A DNA stretch of 64,000 nt, filler included, from Streblomastix strix (taxonomy: Eukaryota), in assembly GCA_008636045.1 (NCBI GenBank). It is 4 parts of 4 records of this genome, joined end to end, with 100 filler letters (N's around TTAATTAATTAA, not from the genome) between each part and the next. Parts side by side here need not be neighbours in the genome. Positions count along the whole stretch, not along the records: positions 1 to 16,036 come from SNRW01000883.1; 3 more parts are not named here. One strand, 5' to 3'. Shown here piece after piece: positions 1 through 12,699 of the stretch (position 1 is its first letter; each line of letters opens with the position of its first letter). The notes under the pieces are model-generated. The model saw only the letters and a program-made list of their open reading frames with translations. It was not told the DNA's origin and searched no databases. A program made the position numbers and the translations under genes.

Positions 1-560
1 ATTGTAATCGCTAGTTTATTTTGACTGTTTACTCGCTAATTACTGAGTGGCTTAAAGCAAGTGCTTCGATTATGGCTGGCTTCATTGAACAAATAGTCAT
101 AAGGAGTGAAGTGAGTTTCGTCTACAATTCAATGTTTGTCAAATTTCGGTTCGAACCTTTTCCTCTCAATTAGTCAAATAGTATTCCCACGTTCTATGTG
201 TCTTTGTATTTCGGTTTGACGATCATGTGTACTTAGATCGCTTTTCTGGTGAATTGGTGCATGTGAAAATTCTTTAAATCTATGTCGAATGTGAGAGAGA
301 CCAATGAGGAGAGTCTATTAATAAACTGAAGTGCAGTGCTTGCTGAAGTATTTACTGATGTGTATGAAGCTAGTACCTATGTAATAATCATATATGGTTT
401 CATTCATAATAACTAAAATATAGTACGGTGGTTGATTTGGGTCCATTTCTTAAGGTTTTCTATTGCATGATAGAATCTTCTTTGGGTATTTTATCTCTCT
501 CCAAATAAAATCATATCTATAGCTTCACAAGAAAAATTTAATATATTCAAAATCTTTCTT
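1..560 (-). pseudogene. DIRS tyrosine recombinase, N-terminal part
   Basis: Translation KPKYKDTQNVGILFD...NIELQTKLTSLLMTICSMKP (~75-217) resembles the 'PKY..tWdv...L..Kl..LL....R' segment that opens the DIRS YR catalytic domain. Confidence 0.7.
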
Positions 561-606
561 GCGAATCTTCTTACCTTTCTGGCCTTCGATCCATCAGGAA
601 ACAACA

Positions 607-2450
607 TTACTTGTCTGAAGGAAGTTTTAAATTCTTCATAATTAACAATGTTCTTGGTTCCAAAATCTCATTATTCCAACCAAACATATGTGATAGAACA
701 TACTCGTTTACCAATTCTGTGTACGATATCTGGCCTGGCCATAGTGGAGCTATTATCATTGCATCGATCTGATCTTCTCCGATCTTCTTCAGAACTGCTG
801 GAAGGAGAGGGATAAGAGAATGAATCCATGGAAGATCCATCCTTTATATTTGATTGAGAGCGTCGATTGTTATTTCCCTGTGTCTTCTTATTGATGACAT
901 GAATCTTGGCGGTAAATTATTAAAATGTTGCGAGAATATGTTTATTGTTAAATTTAAGTTCATCTGAAGATATGTCTGTCGAAAAATCTTCTCCTTTAGT
1001 TTATTGTCTCCTGACCTAGATAGTCAACTTAGTGCGTCTGCTATTTTGCTTTTAACTCTTAGGAGTAGAGTAATCTGGATCTGAATTCCTAGTTTTTCTG
1101 TTGTTTAGCGTAATTGTTTTATTACATTTTTTAATGATTTTGCTGCTCTCCATTTCTTAATGTCGAAAATTTCTATACTGTTATCACTTCTAGTTGCAAT
1201 GGATTGAACTTGCGAATTCTTTAAGACTTTGGCGAAACTTCGTAGGCCTTAAGTTGTAGCTTTGATTTCCCTATTGTAACTTGTTAACTTCGCTTATCTT
1301 TTATTCCAAGTTCCATGAGCCATTGCTATCATTTCCTGTTCCCTCTTTAATGTTGAACCCATCAACTAGGTGCTGCATCCGTTGTCATTGTCATATGTGG
1401 TGGTATCTTTATCAATTACGATGGAAAGTTCGTTCTGAGTTTTGCATTCAACCAATTTAAATCTGGAACTGTTGTCTTCTTCATTATCATCGTTGAATTT
1501 CAACCTCTCAGTCTTGCAGCTTAAGCTTTTTGATGATCAATAATGTTCAGGATGAGTGAGGCTTCTTAAAATTATAGTTTTAAAAGTTAAGTTTTCATAA
1601 TAATTTAGCAATTTAAACTACTGTTGTCTCTATTCCTGTCTTTATCCATCTTATCATGTTGTATAGATTTTGTGAGAGAAATATACGCTTTTTCGGTTTC
1701 GTTTTAACTGTAATGTTGGTCAATTTCCATTTGCATCCTTAAAATTACTGTTAGTTTCGGTTCTGTCTCATTCTTTTATATGTTTAATGTGAACCCGAAA
1801 TTTTTCAGTGTTTCCATTATTTTCTGATATATTTTCTTTAGATATTCCTAATTAAAGTGAAGATGAAAGATGTCGTCAACTTAATTAATTATTCTGATCT
1901 CAGTCTATATTCTTATAAGTTGTATTATTGGCCTTATTACTGTTGCGAAGAATATTGATGAGTGTTTGGTTCCGAATGTTATTGCTTTATATGCGTAATG
2001 GTTGTGATTCGGTTTGTACTATTAGGTTGTGAAATGCAGAGGAGAGGTCCAGTGAAATGCCCCAATCAATAAGTCCAATTGTTTGTTTCACATTGTTCGA
2101 ATCGTGCATCTTGAACTGGAAGTCAACAATCTCTTTATGCAAAGTTTTCGTATCTAGTGTCTTTCTCTATTTCCCGTTTGCTATCTTAATCATTAATGTC
2201 GTGTTATACCATTTGATCAGTTCCTTTCTGATCGGTATTATAACGTTTTCTTTCAATTCTTTTTCTAATATTATATTGTACTTTTTCGCTTGTTCTTCCG
2301 TTCCCATGAATATCAATATCATAAGTAAATATCATAGCTTGTTAATACCCTAGTTATCTTTCCATTAGATGGTAAATCTTTATTAGATGAAATCTTTCAT
2401 GTTAACTGTTTCCGATTGTTCCAAGTACCTCGCTGTCTGTCATCCATTCT
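607..2450 (-). pseudogene. DIRS pol: reverse transcriptase, RNase H and methyltransferase-like domain, degenerate
   Basis: RT YAYKAITFGTKHSS and RIIN(TAA)VDDI (~1870-1890, a decayed YVDD). RNase H TDAAPS, SDNS and ADALS (~1030-1385). MT-like WIHSLIPLLPAVLKKI..MIIAPLWPGQ (607-840). Confidence 0.85.
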
Positions 2451-4520
2451 TATTTAATATTTCTTCATTATCATTGTCGGTTTTATGATTCTCAATATCT
2501 CTACCCTCTCTTCTTTCCTCTATCTTCCTTAGTCAATTCAACTGTTCCAGCTAGTAAGTCTCGGAGTAGGGCACAATCTCTATCTGATTATCGGAGTTGG
2601 ATCCTTGTTTATATTTTTTAGATCCTACCTAGGTTTTTTTGCTTTTGGAGTGTTTTGCGGATTTGTCTTCAGTTACTGGGGCTACATCCGCCTTTTTTCC
2701 CCCCTCGTACTTGGTTTTAAAGTGGTTAGGAGCGTAGGAGTTGGCTCTGACTTCGTGATTCCTTAAGGAATTATCAGGTACAGATTTTGGCTACCCTGTT
2801 TTGCTTCTAGTGTCATGGTCAGTTGTTGGTTACATCCTTTGTTTGAGTACTACAACTATCCGTTTAACTTAGCGTAATTCTGGAAGGATGGCGATTAAGG
2901 GTTGTTGGCCTTTGGATTATGAAATGTTTTGATTTCCTAGTTGTTATTCGGAATTGGTTGTGTAAAGTGAGCTTGTCCCTTTAAATTTAGTATTTTCTTT
3001 ATCTTTAAGTTTAGTTTCTTGTTTCTGTTCGTTTTTATTGTTGGATCTTATTTGTTTTCATTCTCTCCGGCGCTATTATCATTAGTTTGCTCGTTATTGT
3101 ATTCATTGCCAGTGTTTTCGATTGTCTGATGGTTTGAGGGTCCATTTTCGTTGGTAACTGTTTGTTACTGCGTCCCTCAACCGTTTGCTCGGAGTTCATC
3201 TGATCTGTTTACATTGTGGAGAGGAGTTTTGGAGAATATTTTAGTAATACTGATCTCATGATTCGCATTTTCGTTGAATGTGGCCTGTAACTGCGTCCAG
3301 CTGTCATATCATCTATGATCATCGTTTCAATTAGTGAAATGCTAAGAGTTTGATAGCGTGTTCAGATCAGTTTACGTTTCCACTGTCTTCTGTTTCATCA
3401 TTTATGGTTCTCTCTAGTTCGTTCGTTAATTGATCTTGTTTTTTACTTTCTGTTTCTGAGTATATGACTAGTTCTGCTGCGAATATGATAAAACCTATTA
3501 CTGCTTCAGGTATTGATTGGTATATTTAGGTATGCATATTAATGAATTCATCCACTCCATCAATGATATTTATTAATCCTGGGATGTATGATCTATTTGG
3601 CAGAATCGCTCAAGCTTCGAGGTTGTCGGTCCATCAAAGACAATAGCTTACTACGCCCTCGAGTACGTCCCTATCAAATTATTCCCGTTGTTCTTCTGAG
3701 AGATTTAGGTTTTATGGTCAAGGTATTGGCGTTGGGTAGTAGTTCTTAGGTGGATAGAAGAAAGCAAAACCGTCTTTGTTCGGAAATTCTCTATACTATC
3801 CTGGCAACAAGATTTAGGGTATCTTCTTTTCTTCTTCAATTATTGGCTTCATTATTTCATGGAACCTTTCAACTACATCCATTTGTCCTGCATATTGTTG
3901 TAGTTTTGGTTATTTTCGTTCGGGGTCTTTTTCTTTGTGTCCTCGTAGGCCTCCAGGGGAAATTGTTCTTAGTATAGTTAAAGTTTCTTTTAATATTTGT
4001 GACGGTGAGAGTTGAGTGCGTGGTGAAATGGATTTATGAGATGTATTGTGTTATGGACTTATGCAATTATAATCTACGTTTGAGTTTGCTTGAGTATTCT
4101 AGTCAGATTGTATGTGTGAAATAGGGTTTTTAGCTCTGAACACCTTTATGTCTAATTTTCATTTATTTCTGGATCCTTTTACATTTGCGATTATTGTGGT
4201 TGGGATTGCTATTGGTTCTTAATCCATTGTTTTCTTTCATATTCGATCTGTCTCTCCTTTTTTATTTATCTGTGGCGTTCATCATCCTCCAACCAGTCTT
4301 CATCTCCATCGGTTCACGGAATCTCGTTGTTTCCTTTCCCTGTCCAATCTTCATATATTTCCTAGCAGCTACTACTACTGCTGCTGCTACTACTATTCAG
4401 TTTCTTTCTCTTTTCTGCCTCAAAGAGCTGTTCATCTAATCTCGGCCTTTTCAATCCTTTCCCATTGTCTTTTGCCTACTACTTCTCTCTTTTACATATT
4501 TTGAAAGATTCATTTTTTAT
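2450..4520 (-). pseudogene. DIRS gag-like ORF1, degenerate
   Basis: Lies upstream of RT. Ser-rich tract and DEDWLEDDE segment are shared with the second element at 14340-15900. Confidence 0.55.
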
Positions 4521-4805
4521 GGACTTATCGTGAGGACTTTGAGACTTGTATTCCTTTGACAGATAGTGTGGTATATTGATTTACTCCAGTGAAAAACCTG
4601 CGTCTGACCAGAACTCTCTCCAATCTCTAAATGTGAAGGGTTTCTGAGTTGCCAGTTTGCTGTACCATTTCGAGTTATTGTATTTGATCACTATTCGAAG
4701 GATTTTTTTTGAATAATACACATAATAACTAATATCAGAAAGTATAATTCGTTTTATTACTAGTAATTATTATTATTTTAACGATTACATTTTAAATGAA
4801 AATAA

Positions 4806-5180
4806 ATGAACATTATATTGATAATTGGCATTATTATAAATCACATTTTTTAAAGGTGTTAACTTCTTATTTTCTGTTATTATTGTATCCATTCCCCAGA
4901 AGCATAGGAATTGATTAATATATTTAAAAAGTTATGGAGTTTTATTGATGATGTAGTGAAACCGATAAATGCTGTACTGCATATAATCAAATTTTTTTAT
5001 CATAAAAAAATGTATAAGCATTAGACCAGTGAGTAAAATGATGTCATCAAAAAATAATGGAATTAGCTTTTAATTGATGAGTTGTATTAGTTAATGTTGT
5101 TGGCAATAGATGATTAAGATTTAATATTACCAAACATTTTCTGTATCTGACCATTTTGAAATTAACAAATTAAAAGAGTA
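4806..5180 (+). pseudogene. Small hydrophobic viral protein, frameshifted homologue of 36581-36949
   Basis: MNIILIIGII..GVNFLFSVIIVSIP..KKLWSFIDDVVKPIN..IKFFYHKKM aligns with MNILSLIMGI..GVNFITSVISVQIP..KTLWSYFDIVLVPLN..IQFFYKRKM. Confidence 0.7.
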
Positions 5181-5205
5181 ATGTTCGATATTTTATTTTT
5201 AATAA

Positions 5206-6290
5206 ATGAGTTCAAACAAAGTTTATGCTTACTACGATAGTTCCTAATATGCTATTAACCAAATACAGTTCGATAATTATAATATGTTAGAAGAATACAA
5301 AACAAAACTCTTGACTTCAAAATCAATTTTTGTTATTAATGGAAACCACTACATAGTTAGAGCTGTTGGAAATGGTAAAACAACGTTATTGACTAAGTTA
5401 ATAATATTATATAGACATATCATCAATCCTTACATTATATATTTCTTTAATCTAGATCCAGACGAGATTATGGCAATCAATATGAATTATAAAGGTGTAT
5501 TACTTACCATTATGATATTCAATGAAACTATGATTTTCCTACCTTAATTTGATGAACTTAAATATAAAATTAAAGAAATATATATATATATATATATATA
5601 TATACGTATAATAAGTTAAAGTATATGAATATACGCTATAGTAGTGATTATATAAAAAACTCAAACAAGAAATATATGATTCTAATTAGTTAAAAACAAG
5701 GTGAGTCCTATTAATAGTTTATAGCTAGAATGAAAGAAGAGTTCAAAATCTATTGTATTGAAACTATTAACAAATATAGCTAACCATAATAACTTTTATA
5801 GTTTTTTATTCCTCCATTGACAAAATACTAGATATATGAAATGAGATTAAAAATCGTTGATACAAATGAGATATAAGATGATGGTGTTGTATTAGTCAAG
5901 ACGCTAAAACTATCTGTACAATCGAATGCTAAAATGTCATCTACACTAATAATATTTGACGATATAGGTTCTAATATAGATAAACATCGTTATACCTATA
6001 AATTATCAAATACAATAACCCACTTAGTCAAAAATTGCAGACATCCCAAAAATACTTTATTCTTTATTGCCAAAAGATCAAGTTATCTTTTTAATTCTGC
6101 TAAAATATTGTGTCATGAAATAGTCTTAGGATCTAGGATATCAGACAATGACTTAAAGCAAGTACATGAAGAAAATCACATCAACAAATTGACGAAGTAA
6201 GAACTAATGATAATGCAAAACGCATTAAATAAGTATGAGTTTATTATCATTAATAAGTATCAAAATTGGTTTGAAATAATTCATTACTGA
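5206..6290 (+). pseudogene. A32-like (FtsK/HerA) viral DNA-packaging ATPase, degenerate
   Basis: Walker A HYIVRAVGNGKTT (first Gly replaced by Arg), Walker B LIIFDD, then CRH and FFIA motifs. The N- and C-terminal halves are out of frame, with a (TA)n tract at ~5579-5604. Clear homologue of 35547-36564. Confidence 0.85.
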
Positions 6291-6447
6291 TTTTTTACTA
6301 CCAATTTAGATGACATGTTGGGAAATTATTAGTAGTATATCATTAATGATTATAGCAATTACCAATCTGCAAGGTTGTATGTTAGCGATTTAACAAATAT
6401 AAATAGATAATAAAGATATAAGTGATGAAGTAAGAAATTATTTATAT

Positions 6448-6819
6448 TCATGATTTAACATTAATAAAGTAGGTATTAATAATTTGCATATTTAATTGTG
6501 ATGGTAAATTCATATGGCTATTTGAATTGACAATAAATTATCCTGATTAATTGATTCTGCAGTCTATGTATTAAGTTGTATTAACTGTTGCTATTGTTAT
6601 ATGTTATATTGTTATTACACCAGCAAATTTTGGAATAAAATCATCATCAATATATCCCATTATTACACTTTAATCTTTGGTTCCACCTGGTGTGGTCCAA
6701 TGAGGATATTAGCTAATGTTTGCAATACCACTACTATGCACCACTAAAGAGCTTTAGCTTAGACCAATTACATTATCATCCACATGAAATTCACCGCTTT
6801 TTGATGTCAATGGCGCCAT
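6448..6819 (-). CDS. 123-aa beta-rich protein resembling the C-terminal domain of the viral fibre-like gene 42505-43261
   Basis: Open in code 6 from ATG 6819 to TGA 6448. GYIDDDFIPKF...YIDCRINQSGQFIV resembles SIINNAIKPKF...LIDCYIDPDGHVRI. Confidence 0.55.
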
Positions 6820-6859
6820 TCGTTATCGATTTAATTTTAATATGCAGCAATCCCTATCT

Positions 6860-7671
6860 GGATGGTTCCGTTCAGATCCAACATCTATAATTTTATTCCA
6901 TAAAAACATTTAATTTATTTTTATTAATAATTTTCATAAATATTAAATTTTCGATTTTGCTCGAACAAAAAATGTGCAAAAATTTTATTTTATTTTATGC
7001 GCCGCGAATCGAATGTATTACTCTGCATGGTTTGCAAATATTTATAGTTAAATATTTCTAAATTAATTTTTCATAACAAATATTCAGTTTCAACGGCGTT
7101 GACGCGAAAAAAATTAAGGAAAATCAAAATATACGTTTTTCCATTGAATCTTACATTTAATTGTTTATTATTTTGTTTATATATTCTTTTAATTTTATTT
7201 TGTAAATAATTTTCTAATAAATTAAAAATATATTTGCCAAGTTATACGGCAGATTCGATTTTTTATTATTTTTTCATGACCTTCAGGACACAATGTAATA
7301 AAAAAAAATTCAATTATTTATTATTCTAAATATGAAATTTATTGTAATTATGAGTTAAATTTAATAAAAAATAAACAATTTTCGATGAGAAAAATGAAAA
7401 TTAAGATTTTTCTAGATTTTCTCGAGTTGACACGGCTGAAACTGAATAATTATTATAAAAAATTAATTTAAAAATATTGAACTATAAATATTTGCAAACC
7501 ATGCAGAGAAGTACATTCGATTCGTGGCGCATAAAATAAAATAATAATTTTGCACTTTTTTTTGTAAGAGCAAAATTTGAAAATTTAATATTTATGAAAA
7601 TTATTAATAAAAAATAATTTAAATGTTTTATGGAGTATAATTATAGATGTTAGTTCTGGACGGAACTATCC
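6860..7671. mobile_element. Non-autonomous element with ~300-bp imperfect terminal inverted repeats (MITE/foldback-like)
   Basis: 6860-~7150 is the imperfect reverse complement of ~7380-7671 (e.g. CTCTGCATGGTTTGCAAATATTTATAGTT against AACTATAAATATTTGCAAACCATGCAGAG). Ends GGAT...ATCC are flanked by ATCT on both sides. Confidence 0.75.
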
Positions 7672-8254
7672 ATCTATATATACCGTTATTTATATTTTTA
7701 TAATCGTCATCTTTCTATATTTAGATCGGAATATCAGGATGCCATGTTCCAATACCATCATATAAGGTCAGCTAATATTTTTCAAGAAATTTTATAGGAA
7801 AAGTGCCCATTTTATAATTTATTAAAAAAAATCATTTTTATAATTTAAATGTAATTCAAATTAATTAAATTAACATAGAATTATTTTACTTAAATTAAAA
7901 AAAATTACTTTTTTTTAAATAAATATTTTCATTTGATTCAATAGTAAATACCTTCATTAGCAATAATAATCAATTACTATAATTAAAGTTTAATACAAAT
8001 AACATTAACATTAATCATTTATGACTATTTTGATTAATATCTTACAATTTAAATTTACCATTAATTAATGGTTTTCTTTAATAATTCTTAAAATTCAAAA
8101 AAAATTTCATAATATTTATTTATTTAATTAATTGTTTTATTGATTTTATTGTTATTACAAAATAAAATGAAAAATAATACTAAAATTTCTGCAAATAATA
8201 CAGAATTATTAATATAAATAAACCCAATTCCTTTCCAACTTTTGATCACTATTG

Positions 8255-8752
8255 TCAATTTGCTCTTCCAACATTCAATAATAGGCATTCCAGCAATGGA
8301 AGAAATATGATCATCCAACGCAGATAGACTCTCTTATCATTTGCTCCCGGAACAACAGACATATCTGGTTCATCAATTGCCATGATTAGATGCATACAAA
8401 GAAGACCATTAAGCGTTGCTCCTAGGCTCAATTGTACCAAATCCAATGTAAAGGCCACATCAATCGAGTAACAGACCATTGAAGTGACACTGATGACCAA
8501 AATAGAAGCGTTAATCATTTATCTGAAGTTCTCAAATCCGATTAATGTTGCATTGAGCACAACAAATGAGTGGAAGAATGCTTTAAACTCTGTCATGGAG
8601 GTCATTACTAAGCGAAGTGCCATATATGTACCAATGATAGTGTCTGATGATACCATTCCAACAATATAGCCAAGGATTTAGATAAAGTCCAGCGATTTCG
8701 TAACAGAATCGAGTCTTGTGTCGACACATGCGAGGACAATTCCTAATGACAT
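8255..8752 (-). CDS. Multi-pass membrane protein (possibly only the last exon), function unknown
   Basis: 166 codons open in code 6 (MSLGIVLACVD...LLLNVGRAN*), several hydrophobic segments, higher GC than the flanks. Confidence 0.5.
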
Positions 8753-10452
8753 ATCTATTGCATTTAAATATATGAAATAAATTATAGAAATGCAGAATAT
8801 CAATAATTTTAGATTTAAAAAATAAAAATACCTTATTAATCATCATTAAAAGTCGTACCATTTCATTATTTTTTTCATCCTAGAATTTCTGCTCTAATTC
8901 TAAATAATTGATATAGTTTATAAATAAAATAGGCTAACAAAGATATACTATTAAAATTTTTGATATAAAAATTATATATTACAAGTATTATTATCTAAAT
9001 TTTCAAAAAATTCAATTGAAAGCGATTTATAAAATCCAATGTTAATTAAAATAATTAAAAGAAACTATTTATTTAAAATTTGTTAAATATTATTTAAATA
9101 AAATATTTATTTTGTAAAAAAGCAATGTATTAAATGAGAAACTTTTGTTTGAAATTTTATTATTTAGATCTAGACTAGCAGGTCACAAAACAATACTTAT
9201 TATAATTAAATTTTTTTTGTTTAAATTCAATTAATTTATTTCTTATATTATAAATGACCAAAATTTAATGAAGTTATTACTATTCAATATGAAGTCATCT
9301 CCACGTTTTCTTGATATGAGTGCAAATTTGACCAATTCCACATTTCGTGAACTTGCATTTCCATCTATAAAAATTAATAGAATTTAACATAACTAAAAAC
9401 TTTAAATTGAGCAAATCCAAATCTCTCGGGCTATTTTTCAGAAATATGATCAATAAATTTAAGAAATTTTTATATTTAAACATAAAAAAATACATCGCTG
9501 CAAAATAAATATGACTCAAATTTTATTAAACGTTTGCTACAAAATAATTTAATTTTGAATTTTAATTTAAAATCGAACTTAATAAGTAAATAGTAGAAAA
9601 AAAATTTTTTTCAATATTTTTTTAAAAATGGCTTTAGGTGCGTCGTTAACGAGATATATGGCTTATATATTCAGATTAAACACATATGTCTACATAAAAT
9701 TTTACAGTCTCACAAAAATATGTCGGGCCAATTTTGAGAAAAATTACAATTAATCCATAAAATTTAAATTTATTTATTAGTTTGAGTTTTATTAAACAGT
9801 ATAAAAACTTAAATTTAATATTCTATATTATTTAAAAATATTTCTATTACTTTAACAATTGTATGATATTAATGAAAATATGCAATGTTTTATTTTTTGC
9901 AATTAAAACTAATAAATTGTCTGAAATATGATATTATTCCATTCATTTTAATTATATATATATATATGATGTTATTATAGATCAAATGATATTTGTTATT
10001 AAGTATTTAATTCTTCATTGATTACAAACGAAAAGTATAAATAAAACAAACAGATTTACGCTTGATATGCTGAACAAAAATTATGTAAACCTTAATAATA
10101 TTATTTAAATAATAATTAAAATTTTATTTATTGTAAAGTTTTCATTATTAATTTATTTTTTGTTTAATGAAAATAGGTTTTTCAATATTCTCTTTTGTTT
10201 TTTCATTATTTTCCTCTTATTTTTGCATTACTATTTAGATTTTCATAATTAATTTGACGTTATATTTCTAAATTTACTTTTCTTATGATATTAAAATTAC
10301 TGTATCAAGAAAAATTGCAGTCAATCAACATTTTTTACTTTCCTTCTTTTATCAGCTATTTACAGAATAATTATTCATTTAAGCATAAATTTCTACGTAT
10401 TTATTACATTTACTACATTTTTATATAATGTTTTATTTGTTTATTTTCTTAG

Positions 10453-11770
10453 AAGATCTGAACATAAATACATAATAATTTAAGAAAATATAGTTTTCAA
10501 ATAATTGAGTCAAAACTGGACAATAGCGGAATATCACAAGGTTTATTTTGCTTAAGATATATTATTATTCAATTTAAATATTTATTATTTAATCAAAAAA
10601 TAAGATTCGCAAACATCTGATACCGAAACCTGGCGAAGTCAATTCATTTTATCGGTTTTTATTTAAGTTATTAATAATAATTCATTTCAGTTCATATTTA
10701 ATTACTAATAATATTAATTTTTTATATTTAATTAATAGATGGGATGATTTGAATCTTGGAATGAATGTTGAAATCTATGGAGTTACATATCACATTGTCG
10801 ATTGTGATGAATTCACAAATGTATTTATATTTATTTTATTATTTTATTTATTAATAATATATTTAGATATACAATATATTTAATAGAACTTCTTTAATCG
10901 TGCTGAAATACAATTGAATAGAAATGAAGAATTTCCATATGATCCATTCCTTGTTAATTAAGAGAAGATGAAACCTCATCCAAGAACAACTACTACTCAA
11001 GTATAATATTATTAAATATAAATAAATATTTATTATATAAATATATTATTTATAAATAAATTATTAATTATACAATGTTATTAATTATTTAATTTAGGAT
11101 CCTGAGAAACTTACATTGAGATAATTCTTGAGAAATCATAGAAAAGTTCTTCGTTTCTATGCTGTATGATAATAATAATTAATATATTATAATTATAATA
11201 AATATATTCATATATTTTATAATATATTCATATTTGAATAGGTTTTGGATAACAGAAATGAATCATTTGGAGACATGCGTCAATTTGTAATCCAATATTA
11301 TTTGTCGGATGATACAACACGAGTAAATGAAGTATATAAGAATAATAGTGGATATTTAGAATTCCCAACATTCTGTCCTAGATAAGGGATTCCTAAGAAA
11401 GTATAAATTGTTGTTATGGATAAACCAAGAACAGCAACAATAACTGCAGCTGATTTAATGATTGGAAGAACAGTTAATATATTTAATCGACCTTTATTAT
11501 TATATGATTGTGATGAATATACTGAGAATTATTATCGTACCGCATATGGAATAACTGAATTCTCTCACGTTCAACTTCCTGAATTAATCAATATTGCCCC
11601 TGAATCTGTATGAGTTTATATATAATATGTTCAATTATTTATATATATTCATTTATATATAATATGTTCAATTATTTATATATATTCATTCGAATATTAT
11701 CTATTCTTATAATTAGCCAATTCGACACTGGGATAGAATAGAAACTGAAGAAAATACAATGGAGAATGTA
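10453..11770 (+). CDS. EFHC1/EFHC2/RIB72-like DM10-domain axonemal protein, multi-exon, apparently partial
   Basis: Spliced translation [26 protein letters not shown]...RKVLRFYA...[15 protein letters not shown]...[28 protein letters not shown] gives the end of one DM10 domain and a complete second one. GT-AG introns. Confidence 0.85.
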
Positions 11771-12699
11771 AAACATTTGAATATATTATTATATATGAAT
11801 ATTATTATAATATATTGAATTCATTTCCTGGAAATGATACACTTCCTATGTTTAAACATTTTGATAGATATATTTATAATGAATATTAATTGAATAATAA
11901 TAATAATGTTATTCTTTATTATAATAATGTATATTGTATAATCATATAAATATAAATATTAGGAATGCAGGAATTCAAACATGCATGAGAGAAGTTGGAG
12001 TTAGTTCAGAAGAAGTTGCTGCTCATCGTGAAGCACCTTGAACGAAATGAGAATGTATGAATATTTGGAACCTTATTTAAATTATTAAATTATATTTAAA
12101 TTATTTAATATTATTATTTATATACAAAACAGACATTCCTTGGTCTGACATAGCTTCTTGATCTAAACTTGACATACACCGCCTCGAAACAGCAATTCAT
12201 AGACGTGATGTTACAGCCGTGAAGTGTAAAGGGTATTTATAGTTTCCTCTATTACAATATTTTACACTACACTGTCTAAAATTTATTAATTGTTTTGTTT
12301 TTTTAATAACACATTATTTATTTAAAATATAATTATATTTTATAATAAAATAAATTTAAATTAAACAATTTAAATTAATATTCATCAAAAAAATTGATCA
12401 TTTTTTAAAAAATACAAATTATTTGAAATTATCAATTAAAAGCTTAATTAAAAAATTAATATTTTGAAATTGTTGAATTTTATTAAATAATTATTATATT
12501 AATCAATATGATTATAAAATATAATTAAATAAAAAAATAAAATTTTTTTTAATATTTTTAAATTTTTTCTACTAAGAAGAAGTTTCTTAACTTGAAATTT
12601 ATTAATATATTTAATATTATAAATATTTGTTTTAATTTCATTAACAAATATTTAAATTCCTAGAAAACCACTATTTTGTTGAATTGGTCAAATTTGCAC

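Larger units (their letters stand above)
1..4730 (-). mobile_element. Degenerate DIRS-type (tyrosine-recombinase) retrotransposon, 3' end cut by the window edge
   Basis: Minus strand carries gag-like, RT, RNase H, MT-like and YR sequence in canonical DIRS order, with many frameshifts and stops. The 5' boundary near 4730 is approximate. Confidence 0.88.
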
